The notes: generated by a model from the letters alone, not told the origin. Positions 42,340-50,759 are shown, counted from the whole stretch's first letter. The stretch: DNA of 60,039 nucleotides, filler included, from Hausera hauseri (GCA_046269625.1; 12 parts of 12 records of this genome joined end to end with filler, not necessarily neighbours in it); one strand, 5' to 3'. Translations and numbers: made by a program.

Positions 42340-43216
42340 GTTTACACATTTGTACAATAATGTCCATATGCGACACTTTTGTACTTTGTTATCTACAGAC
42401 GTTTGTCATCAAATAGGTCCAACGCCTTTTTTCTCGATTAGATTGTCATCATCTGGTGATTTTTGGTCCAAATTCGTTCCTGATCCACCATGGTACTGAA
42501 ATTGGTTTCGTATGCTTGCAATTCGTTGCTGAACTGCAAATAGGACTATTTGATATTGATGCCCTTGCACTTGAGCATAGGTTTGGTTTGTGTTTTGAGG
42601 GCATAGGATTTCGGCGGTAGGAAAATTGCCTCTTGATACTGAATGCAGCCCTTAATTTCGTCTTTAAATTTACCAATTACAGAAGCGAAGCGAGTCGAGT
42701 ACAGTGTATCACACTTGTCATAGTTCGAAGTGTCCAATTGTTCATTAGCTATCATTGCCGGTAAGAGTTGAGACCGCAGATCAACACCGCGACACTCAAA
42801 AAAGAAATTGTCAGTGTCACCGGTAACAACATTAAGTTCACACTGGAACTGGTGCCTATATGACTCCAACCCTATGTACTTCAGTTCATACATTCGTAAT
42901 TTGGATAGATACATAAGGTGACCATGTCTTTATCGAGGAGAACGGCAACCAGATCATCAGCTATGGTAATGCTCTCTTTAAACTGAGCCTTACTAGCATA
43001 TGTAACTAACTTTTTAACATTATTAAACAGTATCAAATTTGACCTTTTCAACAGGTTTTCGACTGTTTTCCAATACAAGCTGTTGTTCTTAAGCTTAAAA
43101 AGTCTTTTTCAAAAGGATTATTTGCAGCAGCTTTCTTAGCAGTATTTAAGTCGATGTAATCCTTAAATACATAACCCTGGTCAAACTCAACAGCCCGATG
43201 AACTTTTTCAACTACA
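42340..43216 (-). pseudogene. C-terminal fragment of a third Maverick/Polinton pPolB
   Basis: KLKNNSLYWKTVENL, LSKLRMYE, GDTDNFF, LDTSNY, GKFKDE, PKSYAL, KCKG, LFDDKR..CRIWT/YG. Confidence 0.9.
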
Positions 43217-43316
43217 NNNNNNNNNNNNNNNNNNNNNNNNNNNNNNNNNNNNNNNNNNNNTTAATTAATTAANNNNNNNNNNNNNNNNNNNNNNNNNNNN
43301 NNNNNNNNNNNNNNNN

Positions 43317-44067
43317 GATCTTTCGCAAAAAAAAGTGGTTCACGGAGCATATTCTCGGATGTTTTAAGAGCGAAGAATTCACGGTTACGAAGATCGGCGT
43401 TCACTACCACATTCATTTATTTGCGCACACGAAATACATCGACTACAAACTCTTTCGTCGTTGTTGGACGGAAAGTTTGCATTCTGCTATTCGTGATTCA
43501 GATTTAGAGTTTCAATTCAATACGTCCGACCAATTAGCAATGGCGAATTGCCGCCACGTCGTTAGCGTTGAATCGGCGATAAAAGAAGTCGCTAAATACA
43601 TCACTAAGTCCGACTCCTGGTCGAAGATTCCGACGAGCCAATTAATCGAGATCGCTCGCATTCGCCGGTTTCCGCGAATGACCGAATTCTGCGGAACTTT
43701 TCGGATTAATAATGAGATCGAGGACGAGCCAATCGAGGAGCAGGATACACAAGAGACTATCCTAGATACAAAGAGTTTATCTGACGGCGAAAAACTTCGC
43801 TCTTGGCGCGACGAGGTTCAAAAGATCGGCGCGTGGCAATATTCAAAACTTCTCCTGCATCAATTCGAGCAGTGTCGCGAATTTCGACGCTTCCAGTTGC
43901 GAAAACACTATCCTTACGCGCGCTTTTGGATGGTTTCTGTAGCCAAAGTGCGCTTTGGCGACGAGGTTCTAAACCGCTTCCGTGATTTCTTTGTGGCGTA
44001 TGAAACGAGTAAAGAAGGTCAGATAAAGACGGTTGAGCGAATTGCACAGTTTGCAAATCCCGCTTAA
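43317..44067 (+). CDS. rep: Rolling-circle Rep, 3' part
   Basis: Motif II VHYHIHLF near 43400, RRCW, motif III KEVAKYITK, R.F..CGTF; in frame with 50164 via the 77-nt overlap. Confidence 0.92.
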
Positions 44068-44070
44068 ACT
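44042..44070 (+). promoter_or_regulatory. Sigma70-like promoter for the nuclease-ZnF-parB unit
   Basis: TTGCAC-17 nt-TAAACT; ATG at 44080 follows without an SD (near-leaderless). Confidence 0.5.
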
Positions 44071-44079
44071 GTTACACGT

Positions 44080-44523
44080 ATGAACGGCTCTGAGTTAGTT
44101 CAACATTACGAGCGAGAGTTTGGGCCGTTCGTGCATATGGCTCCAAACGACAAGGCGATCTGGCTTAGATTCCTGATGCTCGGCGGCGTGAAGTATGCGC
44201 CGTTTGAATACGACGTTCGCGTCGGCAATGGCGTCGAAATGCCCGTCGGCACTACCCTAATGGGAAAAAAGGCCGCATATGCTCTTACAACGAAAAGAAT
44301 CGACTGTCTGGCCGTGCTCGATAATGTCCACTACATCATCGAGGTAAAACAGCGCGCAGGATTGTCGGCGGTCGGCCAGCTAATTGGTTACGAGTCGCTC
44401 TATCGGGCTGGATTTTCTGCTCCGGTTACGATTCAGAAAGTTTTGGTCACCGATGAGTTACAACCCGATATGATCGGCATGCTCATCGAGTATTCAATTC
44501 AATATTTCGAGGTAGGTTTTTAA
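44080..44523 (+). CDS. PD-(D/E)XK restriction-endonuclease-like nuclease (NucS/Mrr-like catalytic domain), 147 aa
   Basis: KRIDCL..YIIEVK..AVGQLIGY = D..ExK..QxxxY signature. Confidence 0.85.
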   Translation: MNGSELVQHYEREFGPFVHMAPNDKAIWLRFLMLGGVKYAPFEYDVRVGNGVEMPVGTTLMGKKAAYALTTKRIDCLAVLDNVHYIIEVKQRAGLSAVGQLIGYESLYRAGFSAPVTIQKVLVTDELQPDMIGMLIEYSIQYFEVGF

Positions 44524-44738
44524 TGATGAAGAAAAAAGCTCGCCGCGCGCAACCACGCGTTCCTGATGTATTTTCCGAATTCCCCCGCGACTGTCACTGC
44601 GGTTGTGGTCGAAGGGTGAGAGGTCGCGTTATCTACTTTAACGGCGCGTGTCGGGTCCGTCACCATCGCAACTTAAATTACGCCGACGATTTCAAAACGT
44701 CCGTTCGTCGCTACAAAGCGCGCTACGAAAAGAGGTAG
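44523..44738 (+). CDS. Small basic Zn-finger-like protein, 71 aa
   Basis: CHCGCG..YFNGACRVRHHR; TAATG overlap with the nuclease stop. Confidence 0.7.
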   Translation: MMKKKARRAQPRVPDVFSEFPRDCHCGCGRRVRGRVIYFNGACRVRHHRNLNYADDFKTSVRRYKARYEKR

Positions 44739-44739
44739 G

Positions 44740-45528
44740 ATGAAAATAAAATTATCAGAACTGGACTTGCCCGAACGTGATCTACGCGCATCAGTCGACG
44801 AAGAATCACTCGATGAGTTAGCCGACTCGATGCGCGACCACGGCCAGCTTCAACCAATCGGCGTATTCCAAAAACCGAACGGACGATACGAAGTCGAATT
44901 CGGTGCTCGCCGGACACGCGCTGCCATTCTTCTTGGTTGGGAAGAGATCGATGCCGCCGAAGTCCGTCTGTCTGAGAACGGCCATTCATCCGCGCGAAAA
45001 CTCATCGAGAACGTGCAACGCGAAAACCTTACCGCGATGGAAGAAGCCTACGGCTTAATTGAGCTTGTCGGCGACGGCGAAATCGACGTTCGCGCATTGC
45101 GCCGATCGACTGGCAAGTCTCTAAGCTGGATAAAATCGCGTTTGGAACTTCTTGAGATGCCCGACGACGCGCAGGCCGTCGTGCAAAAGGGTCTCGTCTC
45201 GCCGAGCGTCGCCAAGATTCTTTCGCAGATCGAAAACCACGAAGTGCGCGAGACCTACTTCAACTTCGCAATTGAAAACGGCTGCACGATAGACACGGCG
45301 AAGTATTGGTTAAGCCAAGCAAAATTTGCCGAAAATGGTGAACTGTCGATGCAGGAATTCGAGGCGAAGAAGTTTGATAAACCTGAAATTACAGATGTTG
45401 TCGAGCGTCATTGGTCGTGCTTTACTTGCGGTCTTCAACACACCGCGAAAAACTGCTCGACTATCGTAATGTGCGGAACGTGCATCGCTGAAATTGTCGC
45501 CCACCGTAACACTTCTGCGGCTTCTTAA
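44740..45528 (+). CDS. parB: ParB/Spo0J-family protein with C-terminal CxxC..CxxC Zn ribbon, 262 aa
   Basis: LDELADSM..GQLQPI, GARRTRA (GxxRxxA CTP motif), LIENVQRENLTAMEEA, HTH region GKSLSWIKSRLELL, then CFTC..MCGTC. Confidence 0.92.
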   Translation: MKIKLSELDLPERDLRASVDEESLDELADSMRDHGQLQPIGVFQKPNGRYEVEFGARRTRAAILLGWEEIDAAEVRLSENGHSSARKLIENVQRENLTAMEEAYGLIELVGDGEIDVRALRRSTGKSLSWIKSRLELLEMPDDAQAVVQKGLVSPSVAKILSQIENHEVRETYFNFAIENGCTIDTAKYWLSQAKFAENGELSMQEFEAKKFDKPEITDVVERHWSCFTCGLQHTAKNCSTIVMCGTCIAEIVAHRNTSAAS

Positions 45529-45540
45529 CCACTACCCCTA

Positions 45541-45569
45541 TTGACTTAAAACACGCCGCGCGCTACATT
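45541..45569 (+). promoter_or_regulatory. Sigma70-like promoter of putative structural operon
   Basis: TTGACT-17 nt-TACATT, then GAGG SD and ATG at 45589. Confidence 0.7.
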
Positions 45570-45588
45570 TTGTGGCGAGGGCAAAACT

Positions 45589-46020
45589 ATGGCAATCAAG
45601 GTTAAAGACCTAAACCGGACAGCCGCGAAGTGGGCTGAACGAGCGGGTGGAGCATCTGGCGCTTATGCAGAGGGCGTTCAAAACCCAAAACGGGATTGGG
45701 CAGACGCAACAATCGGCGCGGCTGACAACTACAAAACGGCCGTCACAAAAGCCGCGAACGAAAACCGGTTCGCTGGCGGTGTTCGACGGGCTGGCAGCGA
45801 CAAACAGCAACGCAATGCAATGGCAAAAGGCGTAAACCGTTACAGCGACGGCGTGGCTCAGGGACAACCCGACTACGCCACCGGAATGGAACCGGTTCTA
45901 GCGACGTTGGCGAATGTGAATCTGCCGCCACGCGGCCCGAAAGGTTCTCCGCAAAATTTGAAGCGCGTCGAGGCGGTCGACGTTGCTCAACACGCGGCAA
46001 AATTACAGCGACAGCGCTAA
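45589..46020 (+). CDS. Ala/Gly-rich basic helical protein, 143 aa (putative internal or DNA-binding virion protein)
   Basis: Recurrent (Y/F)xxGV units (AYAEGV, RFAGGV, RYSDGV) and C-terminal LPPRGPKGSPQN; first gene after the promoter. Function is inferred. Confidence 0.75.
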   Translation: MAIKVKDLNRTAAKWAERAGGASGAYAEGVQNPKRDWADATIGAADNYKTAVTKAANENRFAGGVRRAGSDKQQRNAMAKGVNRYSDGVAQGQPDYATGMEPVLATLANVNLPPRGPKGSPQNLKRVEAVDVAQHAAKLQRQR

Positions 46021-46029
46021 GAGGTTTGT

Positions 46030-46824
46030 ATGGGTAAAGCAGTTGAAATCATCGGCGGTTCCGCGACCGCTCCAAGCACTACCGCGACGGCGTTGACGAT
46101 GTTCACGGGCAACTCGAATGTCGTTCGCAATTGCGAAGAATCTGCGGAAGTGAAACTCTTGCAGGCCTGGGCGGACAATCAAGGCGCTGGCTTTTTGAGA
46201 ATTCGCTCGCCAAAACTTCACGACAACGTTCAAGGCATCAGAATGCAGTCGGTCGTGAGCGAACCCTGGCCATTGATGCCCTACAATATTCCGCAAAAAT
46301 TATTCCCTCAGGACACTTTAACTTTGGAGATCACGGGAAGCGCAACTGCCGGTGATATCGAATCTGCCGCTTTTCTAATCCATTATGCCGATCTTCCTGG
46401 CATCGAGGGACGGTTCATCGACGAAGCAGAACTGATGAACCGAATGGTCAATTTGATGGGGCAGGAAAACACGATTGCGACCGGCACGGCTGGCGGTTGG
46501 TCTGGCGAAGAAGCGATTAACGCCGAGTTCGACAATTTTAAAGCCAATACAGACTACGCATTGCTCGGCTATCTCGTTTCCGCCGAGTGTCTGGCCGTTC
46601 GTTGGCGCGGATCGGACACAGGCAACCTCGGCGTGGGCGGGCCGGGAAATATCTCGCCGCAGTTTGGCACGAATAACTGGTTCGTGAATTTGAGCAACCG
46701 CTACGGAATGCCTCTTATTCCGGTGTTTAACTCGGCGAACAAATCCGCGATTTTGATCGACGCCGCGCAAGATGAGAACGGAGCCGATGTAACGGTTACA
46801 TCGCTTTTCGCCCAGCTAAATTGA
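46030..46824 (+). CDS. Putative major capsid protein (double jelly-roll-like), 264 aa
   Basis: Gene call solid (GAGG SD). Beta-strand periodicity in two ~130-aa halves, G/A/T/N-rich, no TM segment, size close to PM2 P2. The fold is inferred, not shown. Confidence 0.55.
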   Translation: MGKAVEIIGGSATAPSTTATALTMFTGNSNVVRNCEESAEVKLLQAWADNQGAGFLRIRSPKLHDNVQGIRMQSVVSEPWPLMPYNIPQKLFPQDTLTLEITGSATAGDIESAAFLIHYADLPGIEGRFIDEAELMNRMVNLMGQENTIATGTAGGWSGEEAINAEFDNFKANTDYALLGYLVSAECLAVRWRGSDTGNLGVGGPGNISPQFGTNNWFVNLSNRYGMPLIPVFNSANKSAILIDAAQDENGADVTVTSLFAQLN

Positions 46825-47633
46825 TGACCGAAAACGGCCTCATAAGTTCAACCTCTATTCCAGTAAGCCCGAATGATTTTATTCGGGCTGTGTTTTGGAA
46901 CAACAATTCCGGCACATCGTTTACAGTTTTTCTTCGCTACTCGCTTCTATTAAAAGACGGTTCGATTGTCGACGGCAACGAACAAATTTCCGTCGCCGCC
47001 GGCGCATCGGCTCAAGTGAATAGATTCGCTTTGACCGACGGCTGGCTGCTCTCGGCGTCGATCTCTGCATCCGGCGCTCCGACGCAGGCCGGTTTGGTTT
47101 ATTGCTCACTCGGCATTCAGCAAGGAGCTCCGAACGACCCTGCGAATGTCCTCACGCTCATCTCGAATTACATTGCAGGTTTTGGGCCGCTTCAATATCC
47201 GCTCGGCGGCACGACTGCTCCGAACGAAATTTACGGCGCGTCGATAGCCGAGCAAATCCCCAACCCTGGCGGCGGGACTGAATACAACGCAAACCTTCTT
47301 TTCGCCGGCTTCGTGAAGATAATTTCCGTTTCGGTAAATTTTAGTTCGAGCGCGGCTGTCGGTGATCGCATCCCGTCGATCAAAATAAGCGACATAACCG
47401 GCAATGTTGCTCACTTTGGCATAAGCTCAAAAATCCCCGCTTCCAGTAACGTTCAAATCTACTCAATGGCGACGCCGTTGCCCTCAAACATAGTCGCGAA
47501 CGTATTCTATTTTCAGTTTACCTTCTTGCCATTCATCCAAAACCCGATCATCCAAACCGTAACCCAAAATATACAAGGCGGCGATTCATACGACTCGATG
47601 ATTGTCCGTTACCGCGCGAAAACCGCGCTCTAA
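46821..47633 (+). CDS. Second beta-rich putative virion protein (penton/spike or second jelly-roll), about 270 aa
   Basis: Overlaps the preceding stop (TTGATG); S/T/N/G/I-rich beta pattern in two halves joined by a YPLGG..PNPGGG linker. Confidence 0.5.
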   Translation: MMTENGLISSTSIPVSPNDFIRAVFWNNNSGTSFTVFLRYSLLLKDGSIVDGNEQISVAAGASAQVNRFALTDGWLLSASISASGAPTQAGLVYCSLGIQQGAPNDPANVLTLISNYIAGFGPLQYPLGGTTAPNEIYGASIAEQIPNPGGGTEYNANLLFAGFVKIISVSVNFSSSAAVGDRIPSIKISDITGNVAHFGISSKIPASSNVQIYSMATPLPSNIVANVFYFQFTFLPFIQNPIIQTVTQNIQGGDSYDSMIVRYRAKTAL

Positions 47634-47639
47634 AAAACT

Positions 47640-47912
47640 ATGCCAGACTGCGACGACGTATTTGAAGGCGCGGGCATTCCATTTGAGGAAGAGTATCAGG
47701 ATAGAGCTGTCCATTATGCTTGGTCTGTGTTCGGTTCAGATCCGCACTATTCAAAATTCCTGATTCAATGCTGGTTCGATACGACCTACGGGCTTTGGTC
47801 TGGCAGCCGTTTCGATAATCGAAATTCGCGCGAGAAAATGTCGGCTTGGCTCAAGCGCAACAATTATGTTACATTCGAGGAGTTTATTAAACTCGGTCCG
47901 AGAGAGGAGTAG
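47640..47912 (+). CDS. Hypothetical protein, 90 aa (aromatic-rich)
   Basis: ATG 6 nt after the previous stop; co-oriented. Confidence 0.65.
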   Translation: MPDCDDVFEGAGIPFEEEYQDRAVHYAWSVFGSDPHYSKFLIQCWFDTTYGLWSGSRFDNRNSREKMSAWLKRNNYVTFEEFIKLGPREE

Positions 47913-47916
47913 CACA

Positions 47917-48108
47917 ATGAAAGATTCAAAAGTTCAACACGTGGCATTGAGGATTCGATCGGCACACAAATTTCACCAAGCCGCGCTCGCCGACGCTCTA
48001 AAACAGACCGACGACGACGAAAAGCAAGCCGAAGCTCTACACGTCCTTCTCGCCGCCTTCAACGAGCTAAAAGCCGCGATAGAGTCGATCAATACGTTAA
48101 CCAGATGA
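47917..48108 (+). CDS. Hypothetical helical protein, 63 aa (MKDSKVQH..)
   Basis: GAGGAG SD at 47904-47909 before ATG 47917; ATGA overlap with next gene. Confidence 0.7.
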   Translation: MKDSKVQHVALRIRSAHKFHQAALADALKQTDDDEKQAEALHVLLAAFNELKAAIESINTLTR

Positions 48109-48374
48109 CCGACCCGAAATGCAATCCTGTCCATCCCCAACTCGAAAAGGTCTTTATGACTTTAAGCGTCTCTGGCTCAGGAAATCAGATTGCAATCACC
48201 GTGATCTACCAAGCTTGCAAGGAGTCGCGTAGCCGCACATACCGCGTCACCGCCGAAGACGACGAGACGTTTATACTGCCCGACGACCTGCACCGCGCCA
48301 CGCTCCGAATGCTCGACGGCGTTTCCGCCGCGATAATGCGCCTAGCCCGCCACGGTTACGACCGAGAACCTTGA
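48105..48374 (+). CDS. Hypothetical protein, 89 aa
   Basis: ATGA coupling upstream and TTGA overlap downstream. Confidence 0.65.
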   Translation: MTDPKCNPVHPQLEKVFMTLSVSGSGNQIAITVIYQACKESRSRTYRVTAEDDETFILPDDLHRATLRMLDGVSAAIMRLARHGYDREP

Positions 48375-48574
48375 GAAAGCATTGTCTAAACTGCAATTCA
48401 ATAATTAACGAAAACCAACTTCGTTCGCTTCAATACATTCGTAAGCGAGACCGCAAAATAATGGCTACGCTAAAGCCGCTGCTCTGCCCGCATCCGTGTT
48501 TCGATGCCTACGAGGCTAGGCTTAGAAATTCACACAACGACCCTAAATATTTCCATAAGACAGTAAACGCTTAA
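48371..48574 (+). CDS. Hypothetical Cys-containing protein, 67 aa
   Basis: CLNC..CPHPC; TTG start overlapping the previous stop. Confidence 0.5.
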   Translation: MRKHCLNCNSIINENQLRSLQYIRKRDRKIMATLKPLLCPHPCFDAYEARLRNSHNDPKYFHKTVNA

Positions 48575-48649
48575 AAAAAACACGATCACGATTTTCTTTC
48601 TCCTTAGATCGATGTAACGCTTTTTTGTCTGACAATTCAAAATCTCCAA

Positions 48650-49330
48650 AGCGCGCGCATCATTCATTCTTGCGCGCGATTATCATTACAAAACGAAACA
48701 TTCATTGCGCGCGCATCGATCATTCACCGTGCGCGCAAGCATTCAAACGCGATAAAAACATCCAATTATGCGCGATCACGATGCGCGCGCGCGCATCCAT
48801 CAGCCGTTCGCCGCGCGCGCGCCCATCCAAAGGGCATCGAATCCATTCATTTCACGTGATCACGGCAAAAGAAACGACGAATTACAACCAAAAGCAGATC
48901 GAAGCGCGCGCGATAGCGCGATAGCGCCGAAAGCGCGCCCATCCATCGACCGTTCGCCGCGCGCGCGCCCATCCATCGCCAAGCGCGCATCCATCCATCG
49001 CCAAGCGCGCGCCCTTCCAATGAGCGCGCGCAGGCATCCAAAGGCTTTCTTCTTCCTTTCCTGAGCCGTGTTGCTGGTTAGAGACGACTTTTAACCGAAC
49101 CAAAGGCCGCGCGCATCCATATCTTTCCGAGTTGTCTCTTGAAATGTTTGCCCGCTTCGCGAAATCCACGCGCGCTTCCGTTCCTTTCGCCCGCGAAAGC
49201 CCCGCGTCGAGGCGACGCGCTGCTTCGCGACCTGCGCCATTCCTTGAAATGTCTTTCCGCTTCGCGAATTCATAGCTCTTGGCCGGCTGTGCCGACCGCC
49301 GCGAAATCGCGGCGACCGTCACGCGGCAAT
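48650..49330. repeat. Non-coding GCGCGC/CATCCAT repeat cluster with direct repeats
   Basis: More than a dozen (GC)3-6 runs; CCGTTCGCCGCGCGCGCGCCCATCCA at about 48804 and 48950; CTTGAAATGT.T..CCGCTTCGCGAA at about 49138 and 49243. Confidence 0.85.
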
Positions 49331-49598
49331 CCAAACTCGTCTCTCGCCAAACGAAATGCGTGTGTCCTACTACTCTTATTACCTATCTACACACTTCGGC
49401 CATTCACCTGCTCGCCTAACGCTCAGTGGTTACTACTGCTATTCCTGTTATTTATAAATTAGGGAAATGTCATTGACCCAAATCAAGTTGAGTGAAGCGT
49501 GGTAGGTTAGCTCCGACTCTTAATTTTTATGTTGATGATCGCCTTGCCGTCGTGCCGTTTCGCGTTATCAAATAACGCCAGAAAAAAAAAACGCGAAA

Positions 49599-49744
49599 GC
49601 CGGAATCGGCAGCCGGATCGCCCAATTGTCTTTTTTTGCGTCGGCGGCGTCAAGGGTCAGGCTGGGCGGCGGAAACCGCCGCCCTTGACCCCGCCGCCGC
49701 AAAAAAATCCATATGGCGATTAATCCGGCTGCCGGCTGTCCGGC
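49599..49744. promoter_or_regulatory. Large nested inverted repeat (candidate single-strand origin or packaging signal)
   Basis: 49607-49618 pairs with 49723-49734; 49631-49656 pairs with 49682-49707 (2 mismatches); inner GGGCGGCGG-AAA-CCGCCGCCC. Confidence 0.7.
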
Positions 49745-49767
49745 CTTCCGGTTTGAGGAGAATGAAT

Positions 49768-49998
49768 ATGTCAACACAACTACCTTTGATATTTACATCA
49801 CCGGATGAGGTCGCGAGCGACCTCGCCATTATTCGTGTTTCCGCCATTGACGTGTGCAACACTGCGCATGATTTGGCTTACCGCGAGTGTCGTGGTCGCC
49901 AGCGTGAGCGGGTTTTGCGCGAGACCAGTTTGCGGCGACAGCGCATTCTTGATGCCATTCGGCGTCTCAATCGCGGCTATGTGCGGTTTCGCGACTGA
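49768..49998 (+). CDS. Hypothetical Arg-rich protein, 76 aa, upstream of rep
   Basis: GAGGAG SD at 49755-49760, 7 nt before the ATG. Confidence 0.7.
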   Translation: MSTQLPLIFTSPDEVASDLAIIRVSAIDVCNTAHDLAYRECRGRQRERVLRETSLRRQRILDAIRRLNRGYVRFRD

Positions 49999-50072
49999 CC
50001 GTTTCCGGCTTGACTCTCACTTTTACTTTGTGTAACACTTCTCTCGTCAGTCGAAAGACCGGCAACACGGCT

Positions 50073-50118
50073 GGTTAGGGCCGCGCTTGAAGCAAAAGCT
50101 TTGCGGCCCTAACCTTTT
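50073..50118 (+). terminator. Intrinsic-terminator-like hairpin in the rep leader
   Basis: GGTTAGGGCCGC (50073-50084) and GCGGCCCTAACC (50103-50114) form a perfect 12-bp stem followed by TTTT. Confidence 0.6.
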
Positions 50119-50163
50119 GCAGAATCGTGGAACAGTGACGCACGTCGTTTTTCATCCATTATT

Positions 50164-50659
50164 GTGAAGCCGCCTCTGTATCACAAGGCTCAGGCTTTAG
50201 AGTCAGCCGAGTTTGGTCGGTCTATTTCTTCGACGATTGAATCCGCAATTCTTACAAATTCTCCGAAAGATCACGCCGAGATCGGTTCACTAGCGCTTCG
50301 GATCAAGTTGTGCAATTCTGAGGAAAATATTTGGTTCGGCGAGGACTTGCATACTCCTGACGGCGAATGTTATTCGGCTCACGGTCGGTTCTGGGCTTGC
50401 GGGTCGCGTTTGTGCCCGTCTTGCTGTTCGGCTCAGAGCCGCCGAGCCCGCCGAGAGCTTCGAAAGATCGTCGCCGGGCAAAAACTGCTGCTCGGCCAGC
50501 ACTACAAATTTCTAACCTTGACAATGCCGAACAAAGGCATCGGTTTGCTAGCTTCACGCGAGGTTATAAATAAGGCGTGGTCGATCTTTCGCAAAAAAAA
50601 GTGGTTCACGGAGCATATTCTCGGATGTTTTAAGAGCGAAGAATTCACGGTTACGAAGA
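50164..50659 (+). CDS. rep: Rolling-circle Rep (HUH, pC194/Rep_1-like), 5' part; continues across the circular junction (about 389 aa in total)
   Basis: CGSRLCPSC Zn motif, motif I FLTLT, EFTVTK running into IGVHYHIH after the join. Confidence 0.92.
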
Positions 50660-50759
50660 NNNNNNNNNNNNNNNNNNNNNNNNNNNNNNNNNNNNNNNNN
50701 NNNTTAATTAATTAANNNNNNNNNNNNNNNNNNNNNNNNNNNNNNNNNNNNNNNNNNNN

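Larger units (their letters stand above)
43317..50659 (+). mobile_element. Complete circular prokaryotic rolling-circle element (7266 bp), probable small tailless virus or virus-plasmid
   Basis: 43317-43393 is identical to 50583-50659 (77 nt); rep reads through the join; all genes on one strand, intact and tightly packed; SD motifs (GAGGAG, GAGG) and sigma70-like promoters; GC visibly higher than other contigs. Confidence 0.93.

Noticed and set aside
48625-49462. Several Arg/Ala-rich ORFs on both strands
   Set aside because: By-products of GCGC repeats; no SD, low complexity, mutually overlapping.
43317-50659. Microvirus, inovirus or eukaryotic CRESS virus assignment
   Set aside because: No large microviral capsid F-like ORF, no Zot ATPase or small TM coat protein, no SF3 helicase on Rep; bacterial SD/promoters and ParB are present.
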